Shown here: in pieces, positions 28,973 to 40,330 of the stretch | Numbering within the stretch: position 1 is the stretch's first letter | Layout of the letters: each line of letters starts with the position of its first letter | Origin: Oscillospiraceae bacterium | GTDB taxonomy: Bacteria > Bacillota > Clostridia > Oscillospirales > UBA929 | Length of the DNA stretch: 64,000 bases | Direction: 5' to 3' | Assembly (NCBI GenBank): GCA_009782215.1 | Contig: WRKO01000002.1 | Span: forward strand, 111,850 to 175,849 | Translations under genes and position numbers: made by a program | Notes under the pieces: generated by a model | What the model was told of the DNA's origin: nothing | The model's database searches: none | What the model saw: the letters and a program-made list of their open reading frames with translations, nothing else

Positions 28973-31036
28973 CTAGCGCGCGTACTGCTCCTGAATGCTT
29001 TTCGGAAGCTCCACATAGCTGTGCGGCTCCATCGAATAAACGCCGCGCCCTTGAGTATAGGTACGCAAATCGGTGGCATAGCCAAACATTTCGCTGAGCG
29101 GGATATGCGCCGTTACCTGATGCGCCCCGGTCAAGGTTTCGGTGCCTTGAATCATGCCGCGCCGACGGTTGATGTCGCCCATCACGTCCCCGAGGTATTC
29201 CTCTGGAACGGTGACCGCCACCTTCATAATTGGCTCCAGCATTACGGGGCCGGCGTTGCGGCAGGCTTCCTTAAACGCCATTGACCCGGCAATCTTAAAG
29301 GCCATTTCCGACGAGTCCACTTCATGGAAGGAGCCGTCCGCCAGCGTGACCTTTACATCCACGACGGGGTATCCCGCCAATATTCCGGCGTGCATGGCTC
29401 CCTGCACGCCCTGATCCACCGCCGGGATAAACTCCTTGGGCACGGCGCCGCCGACAATTTTGCTGACAAACTCATAGCCCTTGCCCGGCTCGTTCGGTTC
29501 GATTTGGAGCTTGATATGGGCGAACTGTCCGCGCCCTCCAGTCTGACGGGCATACTTATGGTCAACCTCCGCGGCGCTGCGGATGGTTTCCTTGAACGCG
29601 ACGCTGGGTTTGCCGACATTGGCTTCCACCTTGAATTCGCGTAGCAGACGGTCGACGATGATTTCCAAATGCAGCTCGCCCATGCCCGCGATAATGGTCT
29701 GCCCCGTCTCCTCGTCGGTATACGCCCGGAAGGTGGGATCCTCTTCCGAGAGTTTTTGCAGCGCGACGCTCATTTTTTCCTGCCCCGCCTTTGTGCGCGG
29801 CTCTATGGCGACGCGGATGACCGGGTCGGGGAAGTCCATCGACTCGAGCACAACCGGCTTTTTCTCGTCGCAGAGGGTGTCTCCGGTCGTGGTGTTTTTC
29901 AGACCTACGGCGGCGGCGATGTCGCCCGCGCAGACCATATCGACGTCTTCGCGGTGGTTGGCGTGCATGAGCAGAATCCGCCCCATCCGCTCGTTTCTGC
30001 CCCGGTTTGCGTTCAATATCTCGTTTCCTTTTTTCACCGTGCCGGAATAGACGCGGAAAAAGGTCAGCTTGCCCACATGAGGATCTGTCATCACCTTAAA
30101 CGCCAGCGCGGACAGCGGCGCTCCGTCGTCAGACGGGCGCGGCTCCTCCGCTCCGCTGTCGGGATGCGTTCCGAGGACGGGGGGAATATCCAGCGGGGAC
30201 GGCAGATAATCCACAATGGCGTCAAGCAGATTTTGCACCCCTTTGTTGCGGTAAGACGTCCCACACAGAACCGGAACCAGCTTTCCCTCGATGACCGCCC
30301 CTCGGATGGCTTTGCGGATGGTCTCGACCGGGGCGTTTTCCCCGCTGTAAACAATCTCGGCCAGCTCGTCGTCCGCAAGGGTCACCGCGTCAATCATCCT
30401 TTCGCGGTATGCTTCCGCTTCCTCAAGCAGCTCCGCCGGGATATCCTCCTCGCGGATATCGGTGCCTAATTCGTCATAGGCGACATAGGCCTTCATTTCC
30501 ACAAGGTCAATCACGCCTTTGAACGCGGATTCCGCGCCGATGGGAATTTGGATAGGCACGGGATTGCATTTGAGCCGGTCGCGCATCATCTTGGTTACAT
30601 GGTGAAAATCCGCGCCGACAATATCCATTTTGTTGATATACGCCATCCTCGGCACACCGTAACGGTCGGCTTGCCGCCATACTGTTTCCGACTGCGGCTC
30701 GACGCCGCCCTTGGCGCAGAAAACGGCGACCGCCCCGTCTAAGACGCGCAGGCTTCGCTCCACCTCCATGGTAAAGTCCACATGCCCGGGGGTGTCGATG
30801 ATGTTGATTCGATGCTCTTTCCACATCGCCGTGGTGGCGGCCGACGTGATGGTGATGCCGCGCTCCTGTTCCTGTTCCATCCAGTCCATGGTGGCGTTGC
30901 CGTCATGCACCTCGCCCAGCTTGTGGCTGCGGCCGGTGTAGAACAGAATACGCTCCGACGTGGTCGTTTTCCCCGCGTCGATATGCGCCATAATGCCGAT
31001 ATTGCGCGTGTTTTCCAAGGATACTTGCCGTGACAT
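28973..31036 (-). CDS. fusA: translation elongation factor G
   Basis: 687 aa: [24 protein letters not shown]..., full five-domain length. Confidence 0.98.
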   Translation of the reverse strand: MSRQVSLENTRNIGIMAHIDAGKTTTSERILFYTGRSHKLGEVHDGNATMDWMEQEQERGITITSAATTAMWKEHRINIIDTPGHVDFTMEVERSLRVLDGAVAVFCAKGGVEPQSETVWRQADRYGVPRMAYINKMDIVGADFHHVTKMMRDRLKCNPVPIQIPIGAESAFKGVIDLVEMKAYVAYDELGTDIREEDIPAELLEEAEAYRERMIDAVTLADDELAEIVYSGENAPVETIRKAIRGAVIEGKLVPVLCGTSYRNKGVQNLLDAIVDYLPSPLDIPPVLGTHPDSGAEEPRPSDDGAPLSALAFKVMTDPHVGKLTFFRVYSGTVKKGNEILNANRGRNERMGRILLMHANHREDVDMVCAGDIAAAVGLKNTTTGDTLCDEKKPVVLESMDFPDPVIRVAIEPRTKAGQEKMSVALQKLSEEDPTFRAYTDEETGQTIIAGMGELHLEIIVDRLLREFKVEANVGKPSVAFKETIRSAAEVDHKYARQTGGRGQFAHIKLQIEPNEPGKGYEFVSKIVGGAVPKEFIPAVDQGVQGAMHAGILAGYPVVDVKVTLADGSFHEVDSSEMAFKIAGSMAFKEACRNAGPVMLEPIMKVAVTVPEEYLGDVMGDINRRRGMIQGTETLTGAHQVTAHIPLSEMFGYATDLRTYTQGRGVYSMEPHSYVELPKSIQEQYAR

Positions 31037-31091
31037 GATTGTTTTCTCCTAATATCTCCCCCGCCGAAGGCGGGGGAGATGGTTTATTCCG

Positions 31092-31562
31092 TTACCAGCG
31101 GTAGTGAGCGAACGCTTTGTTTGCGTCTGCCATTTTGTGCATATCCTCGCGTTTCTTGACCGAGGAGCCGGTGCTGTTGGACGCGTCGAGAATCTCGCCG
31201 GCCAGCCGTTCGGCCATCGTTTTCTCGCCGCGGTTGCGGGCGTAGCCGATTAGCCAGCGCAACGCCAAGGTTTGGCGGCGGTCTTCGCGCACCTCGATTG
31301 GCACCTGATAGGTCGAGCCGCCGACGCGGCGGGCCTTGACCTCCAGCGACGGCATGGTGTTGGTGAGGGCTGCCAGAAAAACCTCCAGCGGCTCCTTCCC
31401 GCTCTTGTCGCGCATAATGCCGAACGCTTCGTAAACGACTTTTTGCGCCACGCCCTTCTTTCCGTCATACATCACGCCGTTAATCAGCTTGGTGACCACG
31501 CGCGAGTTGTACAGCGGGTCGGGCAAAACTTCTCTCTTGGGGACAAATCCTCTTCTCGGCAC
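31092..31562 (-). CDS. rpsG: 30S ribosomal protein S7
   Basis: Start trimmed to the GTG at 31562 (GAAGGAGGG RBS), giving (M)[19 protein letters not shown]..., 156 aa. Confidence 0.95.
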   Translation of the reverse strand: MPRRGFVPKREVLPDPLYNSRVVTKLINGVMYDGKKGVAQKVVYEAFGIMRDKSGKEPLEVFLAALTNTMPSLEVKARRVGGSTYQVPIEVREDRRQTLALRWLIGYARNRGEKTMAERLAGEILDASNSTGSSVKKREDMHKMADANKAFAHYRW

Positions 31563-31676
31563 TTGTCTTCCCTCCTTCACAATTCGTGAGTTCACAGGTA
31601 CTCGGACGCCGGATATCGCGCCGAACGTCCGGTGGCGCCGAGAGCATGATATCATCACTCCCGGCAGGGAGACTGC

Positions 31677-32099
31677 TTACTTGGTTCCCGCCTTGGGCTT
31701 TTTCGCGCCATACTTGGAGCGGCCTTGGCGGCGGTTGGCTACGCCTTGGGTGTCCATCGTCCCGCGGATGATGTGATAGCGCACGCCGCCGACGTCTTTG
31801 ACGCGGCCGCCGCGAATCATAACCACGCTGTGCTCTTGGAGATTGTGGCCGACGCCGGGGATGTACGCGCTGACTTCGTAGCCGTTGGACAGGCGCACAC
31901 GGGCAACCTTGCGCAGAGCCGAGTTGGGCTTACGGGGCGTCTCCGTGCGTACGTTGGTGCAAACGCCGCGTTTTTGCGGGCTGGGATCGTCGGTCAGCCT
32001 TTTGCGCAGGGTGTTCATCCCTTTTTGCAAAGCGGGCGCCTTGGATTTGTGCGTGGCTTTCTTGCGCCCCTTGCGGACAAGCTGGCTTACGGTTGGCAT
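31677..32099 (-). CDS. rpsL: 30S ribosomal protein S12
   Basis: Start trimmed to the ATG at 32099 (AAAGGAGG RBS), giving [14 protein letters not shown]..., 140 aa. Confidence 0.97.
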   Translation of the reverse strand: MPTVSQLVRKGRKKATHKSKAPALQKGMNTLRKRLTDDPSPQKRGVCTNVRTETPRKPNSALRKVARVRLSNGYEVSAYIPGVGHNLQEHSVVMIRGGRVKDVGGVRYHIIRGTMDTQGVANRRQGRSKYGAKKPKAGTK

Positions 32100-32189
32100 G
32101 GGATTGGGGGCCTCCTTTCCTGTGTGATGTATGGTAAAGGTATTTGCTGTCCGTGTCATGCTCCGCAGGCGGCGGAGCAGCTTTTTCGG

Positions 32190-32278
32190 TGGCGGAGGCG
32201 GAGGGATTCGAACCCCCGTGACGTTGCCGTCAAATGGTTTTCAAGACCACCCCGTTATGACCGCTTCGGTACGCCTCC
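32190..32278 (-). tRNA. tRNA-Ser (anticodon UGA)
   Basis: 89 nt, GGAGGCGTACCGAAGCGGTCATAACGG...GGGGGTTCGAATCCCTCCGCCTCCGCCA. The 7-bp acceptor stem pairs, the anticodon loop is CTTGAAA, there is a long class II variable arm, and the TTCGAAT T-loop and encoded CCA are present. Confidence 0.9.
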
Positions 32279-32290
32279 GAACGTTCTGCT

Positions 32291-32536
32291 TTACAGCAGA
32301 TTCAGCGTAATCGTCAAGCCGATAAACAGCACGGCGACCCACTTGGTAAGCTTCGCGAGACGAGCGTCCCACGTGCGCGCTTGATTCTTTGAAAGAAACG
32401 CGTCCGCCGCGCCTGAAATGGCGCCGCTCAGTCCGGCGCGCTTGCCCGACTGGAAAAGGACCACAAGAATCAAAAAGACCGATGTGGAAATTTGGATAAT
32501 GGTCAGAATCAAGGGAAGGATTTCCATTTCGTTCAA
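32291..32536 (-). CDS. secG: preprotein translocase subunit SecG
   Basis: 81 aa, two TM helices with a Gly-rich loop (LFQSGKRAGLSGAISGAADAF). Confidence 0.85.
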   Translation of the reverse strand: MNEMEILPLILTIIQISTSVFLILVVLFQSGKRAGLSGAISGAADAFLSKNQARTWDARLAKLTKWVAVLFIGLTITLNLL

Positions 32537-32664
32537 CTCCTTGTCTTACGGAGGTTTTGCGCTTCCGCGCACAGAAACGCCCATATAGAATATCAGATGC
32601 TCTTTTGAATGTCAACATAAATTTTCAATTTTAATGGAGTTTGCTGGAAAGGCGGGGGATGACA

Positions 32665-34146
32665 TTAAACGCAGTGTCTGCGCAACGTCCGCCGAACCGC
32701 GTCCGGGCCTGCCAGCATTTCGGCGAGAAACCCTTCGCAGCGGGCGCCGAGACCGAGCGCGTAGATGTCGCAGCCGAGGATTGCGGCGTCGGAAAAGACG
32801 GCGCGGGCACGGGCTGCCGTGGACGGGTCGCCGAAGCTGACGTCTTTGAGCGCGGCCTGAAGCTGCGGCAGCATGACGTCGGGGCTGAGTTCAAGCGGCT
32901 GCCCGTCGTCGCCGACCGCCAGCAGATAACGGATCCAGCCCGCGAGGGTGAGCGGTATGGCGCGGAGGCTGTCAAGGCATAAATCGTCCCGTGCGGCATA
33001 GGTTTTGATTGTTTCACCATATCGGAAGGTCATCTTCTGGCTGGTGTGGGCGGCAATCCGCCTAGGCGTGTCGGGCAGAAAAGGGTTGACAAGGCGTTTG
33101 GTGAACACTTCATCTAAAAATGCCCTTGGCTCAAAGATGCCGGGGTGCTCCACGGCGGGCAGGCCCTCGTCATACCCCAAGCGCCGCGCCAATTCTGTTA
33201 AGTCAGCATCTTTCATGCAGGAGGCAATCGTTTCCACGCGGAACAGGCTTCCGAAAATGGCCAGCGCCGTATGCAGAGGGTTCAGGCAGGCGGTCACTTT
33301 CATCCGCTCGGCCCGGCTTACGGTAGTGCGGTCGGCAAAGTATACGCCCGCTTTTTCCAGCGGCGGGCGGCCGTTGGGGAAAGAGTCCTCTATGACAAGA
33401 TACTGAGGCTCCTCGGCGTTGACAAAGGGCGCGATGTTTGTCCCTTTGGCGGTGGTCACGGGAGCCCAGTCGTCCGGGCTGGGAAGCGTCTGCCGCACCG
33501 CGTCCGACGGGGCGGGCGTGATTTTATCAATCATGCTCCACGGAAACGAGACGCGCGCCGGGTCGGAAAGGTAGCCGATAAATCCAGCGTCGCCGTAAGC
33601 CCGCGCCGCGCCCAGCACGGCGGAGCGGAGCAGGTCGCCGTTGCCGCTGCAATTATCCATGCTCACAAACGCCAGCGGGGCGCCGCCGGCTTGATACCGC
33701 TTATACGCCATTTCGGCAATCAGCGCCATCACCGGGCCGTTGTAGCCTTTTTCGGTGATGGTGAAGCTGGCCATTTGCAGGCTCGGGGCTTCCATCACCG
33801 CAATCAGGCGTTCATAATCCGGCGTCCCCGGCACGGCGGCCAGCGCCTCGGTCACCGCCGCGGAGACGGTGAGCTTGGTGGAGCCATCCGGGCGAAGGGT
33901 GACCAGCAGGGTTTGGTTGTCATGCGGGCGGTAGACGGCGCTGATGATTTCGGGGTCGAAGGCTTCGGCGGCGATGACGCCCTTGGCTGCAAGCCCTTCG
34001 TTGAGCAGGGTGTTTTGCAGCATGGCGATGTAGCCGCGGAAAAGGTTGCCCGCGCCGAAATGCACCCACACCGGGGCAGCGGCGGTCGCTTCGCGCACAG
34101 CGCGCGCGTCATAGGCGGGCTTGGCCGCGTTGGGGATGTTGAACAT
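32665..34146 (-). CDS. mannitol dehydrogenase-family oxidoreductase (hexuronate/polyol reductase-like)
   Basis: About 493 aa from M6 of the track ORF. N-terminal Rossmann VHFGAGNLFRGYIA and the long-chain mannitol-DH architecture. Substrate cannot be called. Confidence 0.75.
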   Translation of the reverse strand: MFNIPNAAKPAYDARAVREATAAAPVWVHFGAGNLFRGYIAMLQNTLLNEGLAAKGVIAAEAFDPEIISAVYRPHDNQTLLVTLRPDGSTKLTVSAAVTEALAAVPGTPDYERLIAVMEAPSLQMASFTITEKGYNGPVMALIAEMAYKRYQAGGAPLAFVSMDNCSGNGDLLRSAVLGAARAYGDAGFIGYLSDPARVSFPWSMIDKITPAPSDAVRQTLPSPDDWAPVTTAKGTNIAPFVNAEEPQYLVIEDSFPNGRPPLEKAGVYFADRTTVSRAERMKVTACLNPLHTALAIFGSLFRVETIASCMKDADLTELARRLGYDEGLPAVEHPGIFEPRAFLDEVFTKRLVNPFLPDTPRRIAAHTSQKMTFRYGETIKTYAARDDLCLDSLRAIPLTLAGWIRYLLAVGDDGQPLELSPDVMLPQLQAALKDVSFGDPSTAARARAVFSDAAILGCDIYALGLGARCEGFLAEMLAGPDAVRRTLRRHCV

Positions 34147-34193
34147 AACTAAACGCCTCATTTCATAAACTGTAGCGGAGAGAGGGTGTTTTC

Positions 34194-34427
34194 ATGCACT
34201 GCCGGATTGTGGATATACGCGGCAAGGAGGTCATCGACATTTGCACGGGTCTCCGGCTGGGGTTCCCCCTTGACGTGGAAATCAACGCGGAAACGGGGAA
34301 TCTGGTGGCCATCATCGTACCCGGCCCGTGCAAATACCTTGGCCTGTTCGGACGCGAGGAGGACATCATCATCCCGTGGAAGTGCATCCGCAGAATAGGG
34401 GATGACCTCATTTTAGTGGAACGCTAG
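34194..34427 (+). CDS. YlmC/YmxH-family PRC-barrel sporulation protein
   Basis: 77 aa: RIVDIRGKEVIDICTGLRLGFPLDVEIN...IIIPWKCIRRIGDDLILV, typical of the family. Confidence 0.8.
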   Translation: MHCRIVDIRGKEVIDICTGLRLGFPLDVEINAETGNLVAIIVPGPCKYLGLFGREEDIIIPWKCIRRIGDDLILVER

Positions 34428-34564
34428 GGTTCTGTCAAGCAAAAATTCCCGCGAGAGTAAGCAACGCGGAGATAACGGAAGAAAACAAAAGAAAAACGCC
34501 CGTTATATGCCAATATTGAGGGTTAGCGCCGTTTGCGTCTTGCGGGCGGCGCTATTATGATGGT

Positions 34565-34591
34565 TTAGCACTCTCCCCGCGAGAGTGCTAA
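34565..34591 (+). promoter_or_regulatory. CIRCE operator (HrcA binding site) upstream of groES
   Basis: Perfect TTAGCACTC-N9-GAGTGCTAA, 25 nt upstream of the groES ATG. The palindrome extends outward (ATGATGGTTTAGCACTC...GAGTGCTAAACCATCAT). Confidence 0.9.
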
Positions 34592-34900
<309 letters not shown>

Positions 34901-34914
34901 CAAGGAGGATATGA

Positions 34915-36549
<1,635 letters not shown>

Positions 36550-36568
36550 TTTTTTCCGACAACCCAGC

Positions 36569-36604
36569 GAGGGGACGCCTTACGGCGTCCCCTCTTGTGT
36601 TTTG
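36569..36604 (+). terminator. rho-independent terminator after groEL
   Basis: GAGGGGACGCC-TTAC-GGCGTCCCCTC hairpin followed by TTGTGTTTTG. Confidence 0.75.
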
Positions 36605-36607
36605 CGC

Positions 36608-37258
36608 TTACACAGATTCCGCGATCGCGATGAGGGTTTCGAGGTCACGCTCAAAGCGTTCGTCCCCATGATGATAATATCTCTCCAGCCGGAACAAAAT
36701 CCCTTCTTCCATCCAAATCAATGTCCATAAATCATCGTCCCGCGAGACGGCCACACCCTCTGTCCCGCCGACCATAATCTTTTGCATGGCGGCGCCGCTT
36801 GCCTCCCGCACATCAATGAACGCATGGTTCCCCACATAGTCCATGTATAATGCGATATTTCCGTCATAGCTTAACAGCGCGCTGTACCCCGGCAAGTCGT
36901 TTTCATCCATTATCACTGACACCTGCAATAACGACGTGTCCTCCGGGACGTATGACGGAGCTTTGATTGTAAAGCGGGAAAAGGTATTTGCTTCTTCCAC
37001 CGCGGCAAAGTGTTTCCACATATCACCGTCTGCCGCCGACCTCATGTGCGGCGCATAGTATTCGTCCATTGTGACTTCGACAGACCCGATATGTAAGAGG
37101 ATGTTGTTCCCGACGGACATTGACATTATCCGGTCTTTTGCCTCGCCCGATTCGCCAACCACAAATCGGTAAATCACATTTCCCGTCGCAAACGCGCTTG
37201 CCGTTAACGCGATAAGCAGCGAGGCGGCGAGGGGAAGGGCAGCGACGCGGCGTAGTCC
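36608..37258 (-). pseudogene. remnant of a membrane anti-sigma factor (TM helix plus DUF4367-like extracytoplasmic domain) lacking its N-terminal domain and a canonical start
   Basis: The frame is open from the stop at 37259-37261: GLRRVAALPLAASLLIALTASAFATGNVIYRF... The only start candidate (GTG at 37177) lies after the TM helix. No zf-HC2 anti-sigma domain is present. Confidence 0.5.
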
Positions 37259-37515
37259 TCAAGGGGTTCCGCCCGTCTCCACGGGGAAAGCAGGGCTTTT
37301 TTACATTCGTTGACGGTTACGCGAAGCAGCCAATGCTTCATATGCCCATCGCTCTCAAACACTTTGTCTGTGCAATAGAGCTTGAGCAGCACGTTCTGCG
37401 TCACGTCGTCGGCGTCGGCGCGGCTCTTTAAGTAATTGAACGCCACGCGGAAGATGACGTCCATGTACTCTTGGGCGTGCTGGGTGAACTGTTCGTCGGC
37501 AAACATATCTGTCAC
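37204..37515 (-). pseudogene. truncated ECF-type sigma-70 family factor (region 2 only, region 4 missing)
   Basis: 103 aa: FTQHAQEYMDVIFRVAFNYLKSRADADDVTQNVLLKLY...HWLLRVTVNECKKALLSPWRR.EPLEDY, then a stop. It overlaps the anti-sigma remnant in another frame. Confidence 0.55.
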
Positions 37516-37571
37516 TCCTTGAAAGGCCTTTCGTCTGTAATATCTTTTATATCGGCGATATATTTCACCGC

Positions 37572-37600
37572 TTGAAAAAAGTTTGCTTTTCGGTTATAAT
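37572..37600 (+). promoter_or_regulatory. sigma-A-type promoter for the EAL-HDOD gene
   Basis: TTGAAA-N17-TATAAT. A second TGgTATAAT lies at 37603-37611. Confidence 0.55.
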
Positions 37601-37682
37601 CATGGTATAATATTAGAATCGGGCGCTAGTTTGTTTGTAATAATATTCCAACAACATCATGGAACGGCGGTGGGAAAGCATC

Positions 37683-38909
37683 ATGCAGACGCATTTTGCG
37701 CGGCAGCCTATTTTAGATCGGCATCAACATGTTTACGGGTATGAGCTGCTGTACAGGAACGACCCTCACGCAGACAAATCGGGCAATTTTATAGACGGGG
37801 ACAAGGCGACGGTCTCTGTTATCGAGGGATTTCAGGCGCGGGGGATTGAAAACATCACGGGCGGGAAGAAAGCGTTTGTCAATTTTACGAAAAATCTTAT
37901 CCTTGGAGGGTTTGCCTCGTACTTCTCCCCGGAAAGCATGGTCGTCGAGGTGCTGGAAACGGCGGAACCGTCCGCCGAATTGTTGGACGCCCTGCGGCTG
38001 TTGAAAAAGGAGGGCTATAAAATAGCGCTGGACGATATCGTCTACCGCCCGGCACTCAAGCCCTTGCTGGCGCTTGCCGATATTGTGAAAATCGACTTCT
38101 TGGAAGGCGTTTTCAAGATGCGCAACTTTTACGCCGTTTGCTCCCATATCAACCTCTCAAAATGCCTTCTGCTGGCTGAAAAGGTGGAAACCCGGAGGGT
38201 CTTTGAGCAAGCGCTGGAGCTGGGCTGCCACCTTTTTCAAGGATACTTTTTCGCCAAGCCGTTCACCGTCAGCGAAAAGACGGTCAGCGTCATGCGATTC
38301 AGCGCGCTGCGCCTGATTTCCGAAGCCGGCCGCAAGGAAATTGATTTTGACGCGATTACCGAAATTATCAAGCAGGACATAGGGCTTACATATAAAATCC
38401 TCAAGCTGGTCAATTCCGCCTATTTCGGAGTGCTTCAGGAAATCACCGACATCAAACGGGCGGTGGTGTTTCTCGGGCAGCGGGAATTGAAAAAATGGGT
38501 GTCTTACGTCACTCTGACCAACATGAGCGACGACAAGCCGCCTGAATTGATTGAGATGAGCCTTGTGCGCGCGCATTTCTGCGAAATGACCGCCGGGATG
38601 CTTGGTATGTCGAAGGAGAGCGATTCTTTCTTCCTCGCCGGGCTGTTTTCCCTGCTGGACGTTCTGCTGGACGCCAAAATGGAGGACATTCTAAAAGACA
38701 TCCTGCTTCCCGAGATTGCCCAGACCGCGCTGCTCGGAAGCCCGGGGGCTGTGCGCAGCGCGCTGGACTTAATCGCGGCGCTGGAACGGGGCGGGTGGGA
38801 AGACGCCTCGCGGATTTGCGAGGAGCTGGGCGTCCATTACGACGATATATCACAGCAATACGCCGACACGCTCCAGTGGACGGCGGAATTGCATAGAGAC
38901 GAGCTGTGA
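37683..38909 (+). CDS. EAL plus HDOD domain signalling protein (COG3434-like)
   Basis: Start at M9 of the track ORF (FARQPILDRHQHVYGYELLYR). EAL-like N-terminal half (EVLE, IALDD) and an HDOD-like C-terminal half. Confidence 0.78.
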   Translation: MQTHFARQPILDRHQHVYGYELLYRNDPHADKSGNFIDGDKATVSVIEGFQARGIENITGGKKAFVNFTKNLILGGFASYFSPESMVVEVLETAEPSAELLDALRLLKKEGYKIALDDIVYRPALKPLLALADIVKIDFLEGVFKMRNFYAVCSHINLSKCLLLAEKVETRRVFEQALELGCHLFQGYFFAKPFTVSEKTVSVMRFSALRLISEAGRKEIDFDAITEIIKQDIGLTYKILKLVNSAYFGVLQEITDIKRAVVFLGQRELKKWVSYVTLTNMSDDKPPELIEMSLVRAHFCEMTAGMLGMSKESDSFFLAGLFSLLDVLLDAKMEDILKDILLPEIAQTALLGSPGAVRSALDLIAALERGGWEDASRICEELGVHYDDISQQYADTLQWTAELHRDEL

Positions 38910-38950
38910 CGGGACGCAGCCACGTCCGTTTCTTGAGGGATTGAGCGTAT

Positions 38951-39961
38951 ATGACCGAAGCATCATTAACCGAAGCCATCACACGCCGGCGTTATCACGG
39001 GCTGTATCTGTCACGCCAATGCCCTGATATTGTGGATTTGTCGCGGGAGCTGCTTGGGCTTCATTGCTGGTTTCACCGGAATGTGGCGTTCTCCGCGCTG
39101 ATTCGCGGCGCGGATCTATCAGGGTGGAAGTCCGCGCTGACAAAGACATGGCTCTATCGCGGAACGCTGCACGGCGCGGCATATGACGAACTGCCTCGAT
39201 TGCTTTCCCTGCACAGGGACGGCGAATCGTGGCTGAGACGCTCTTATAGCGAGCAGATGCTGTCGGACGTCGCGGATAAGGTCGTGCGGTGCATGGAAGA
39301 CGGGGTACATTCCCGCGCCGAAATGCGGAAAATATTCGCTTACGACTATGAGCCGAAGGTGATTGAGGCTATGTTCTCGCCGTGGGGCGGTATTTTCGTT
39401 TACCTCGCGGGTCTCGGCAAGGTCGCTTTCAGGGACATGGCGAGCCGCGATTTTGACTTGATTGACGCGGAACCGGCGGGAACCAGGACGGAGGTCTTGC
39501 CTGAAATGCTCCGCAGGTACTTCAAGGCTTACGGGCCCGCGACGCTTGACGACGCGGCGTGGTTCTTCGGGTTTTGGCGGGAGGACAGAAAAATGCTGCG
39601 GGCGTTTCCGCTTGACGAGTATGACCGCTTTGAGCTTGACGGCAGGGTGTACTATCGCTGCGGAGAACCGGACGGGATGGATGATCTCCCGGAATTTAAC
39701 CTGTTGTCGGGGTTTGACCCGATTATCGTTTCCTATACGGAGAGAAGCGCCGTTTTGCCTGCCGAATACAAGCGCAGCGTCATTCTCAAATCGGGCATCT
39801 GCCTGCCGACCGTCGCGGTGAACGGCAAGGTTGCCGGGCTATGGAATATCAAGAAAGGCGAGCCTGTGGTTGAGTTTTTCAAAAAGCAGCCGAAACGGAT
39901 AGAGTCCGGCGTTCTTGACTTGGTTGACAGCATCCATTGGCATATCACGGGGAGGTTGTGA
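38951..39961 (+). CDS. winged-helix YcaQ/AlkZ-like protein (putative DNA crosslink-repair glycosylase family)
   Basis: 336 aa. Overall resemblance to the DUF1006/HTH_42 family (WLYRGTLHG..., LRRYFKAYGPATLDDAAWF). The family call is made from memory only. Confidence 0.6.
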   Translation: MTEASLTEAITRRRYHGLYLSRQCPDIVDLSRELLGLHCWFHRNVAFSALIRGADLSGWKSALTKTWLYRGTLHGAAYDELPRLLSLHRDGESWLRRSYSEQMLSDVADKVVRCMEDGVHSRAEMRKIFAYDYEPKVIEAMFSPWGGIFVYLAGLGKVAFRDMASRDFDLIDAEPAGTRTEVLPEMLRRYFKAYGPATLDDAAWFFGFWREDRKMLRAFPLDEYDRFELDGRVYYRCGEPDGMDDLPEFNLLSGFDPIIVSYTERSAVLPAEYKRSVILKSGICLPTVAVNGKVAGLWNIKKGEPVVEFFKKQPKRIESGVLDLVDSIHWHITGRL

Positions 39962-40021
39962 CGCACAGATGACGGAGGCTCTGCAGACGGAGCCCCCTAA
40001 ATCCTTCCAAGGGTACTTTCT

Positions 40022-40051
40022 GCATAGACAGACAACTCTTTGCGCAACCTA
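40022..40051 (+). promoter_or_regulatory. forespore sigma-G/sigma-F-like promoter upstream of the spoVT 5' portion
   Basis: GCATA-N18-CAACCTA, against the B. subtilis sigma-G consensus GHATR-N17/18-CATXHTA (one mismatch in the -10). It ends 37 nt before the start codon. Confidence 0.35.
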
Positions 40052-40088
40052 TGGATGAAATCCAACTCGGTAAATAGGAGGGAATCCA

Positions 40089-40268
40089 TTGAAAGCGACA
40101 GGAATTGTCAGACGGATTGACGACCTCGGACGCGTGGTCATCCCCAAGGAAATCCGCCGCACCATGCGTATCCGCGAGGGCGACCCCACGCTGACGACAT
40201 TGACGCTGTGGGAGAGGTTTTGCATGGCGATGGATGGGTTGGCGAGACGATTGGGGTTGGGTACATAA
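40089..40268 (+). pseudogene. spoVT: spoVT 5' portion (codons 1-33) running into 26 unrelated codons
   Basis: TTG start with AGGAGG 7 nt upstream. (M)KATGIVRRIDDLGRVVIPKEIRRTMRIREGDP matches the SpoVT/AbrB N-terminus almost residue for residue, then TLTTLTLWERFCMAMDGLARRLGLGT and a stop. Not in the ORF track (59 aa, TTG start). Confidence 0.85.
40158..40207 (+). other. hybrid (attL-like) serine-recombinase site: spoVT arm, core GGCGACCC, element-type arm
   Basis: The plus strand reads ACCATGCGTATCCGCGAG-GGCGACCC-CACGCTGACGACATTGACGCT. The element-type arm is an imperfect inverted repeat of the arm at 16397-16417. Confidence 0.75.
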
Positions 40269-40280
40269 AAGAAACAACGC

Positions 40281-40310
40281 TTGATTAAACGCCTCTTGTT
40301 GTTGTATAAT
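40281..40310 (+). promoter_or_regulatory. sigma-A-type promoter for the glycosylase gene
   Basis: TTGATT-N18-TATAAT, 20 nt upstream of the ATG at 40331. Confidence 0.5.
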
Positions 40311-40330
40311 CACGGCAGGAGGCGTTTTCA

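Noticed and set aside
32160-32189. The hairpin GCTCCGC-AGGCG-GCGGAGC followed by AGCTTTTT, which could be a terminator between tRNA-Ser and rpsL.
   Set aside because: The T-run follows the hairpin only on the plus strand, where no gene ends. On the minus strand (tRNA, rpsL) there is no U-tract, so its function is unclear and it is not called.
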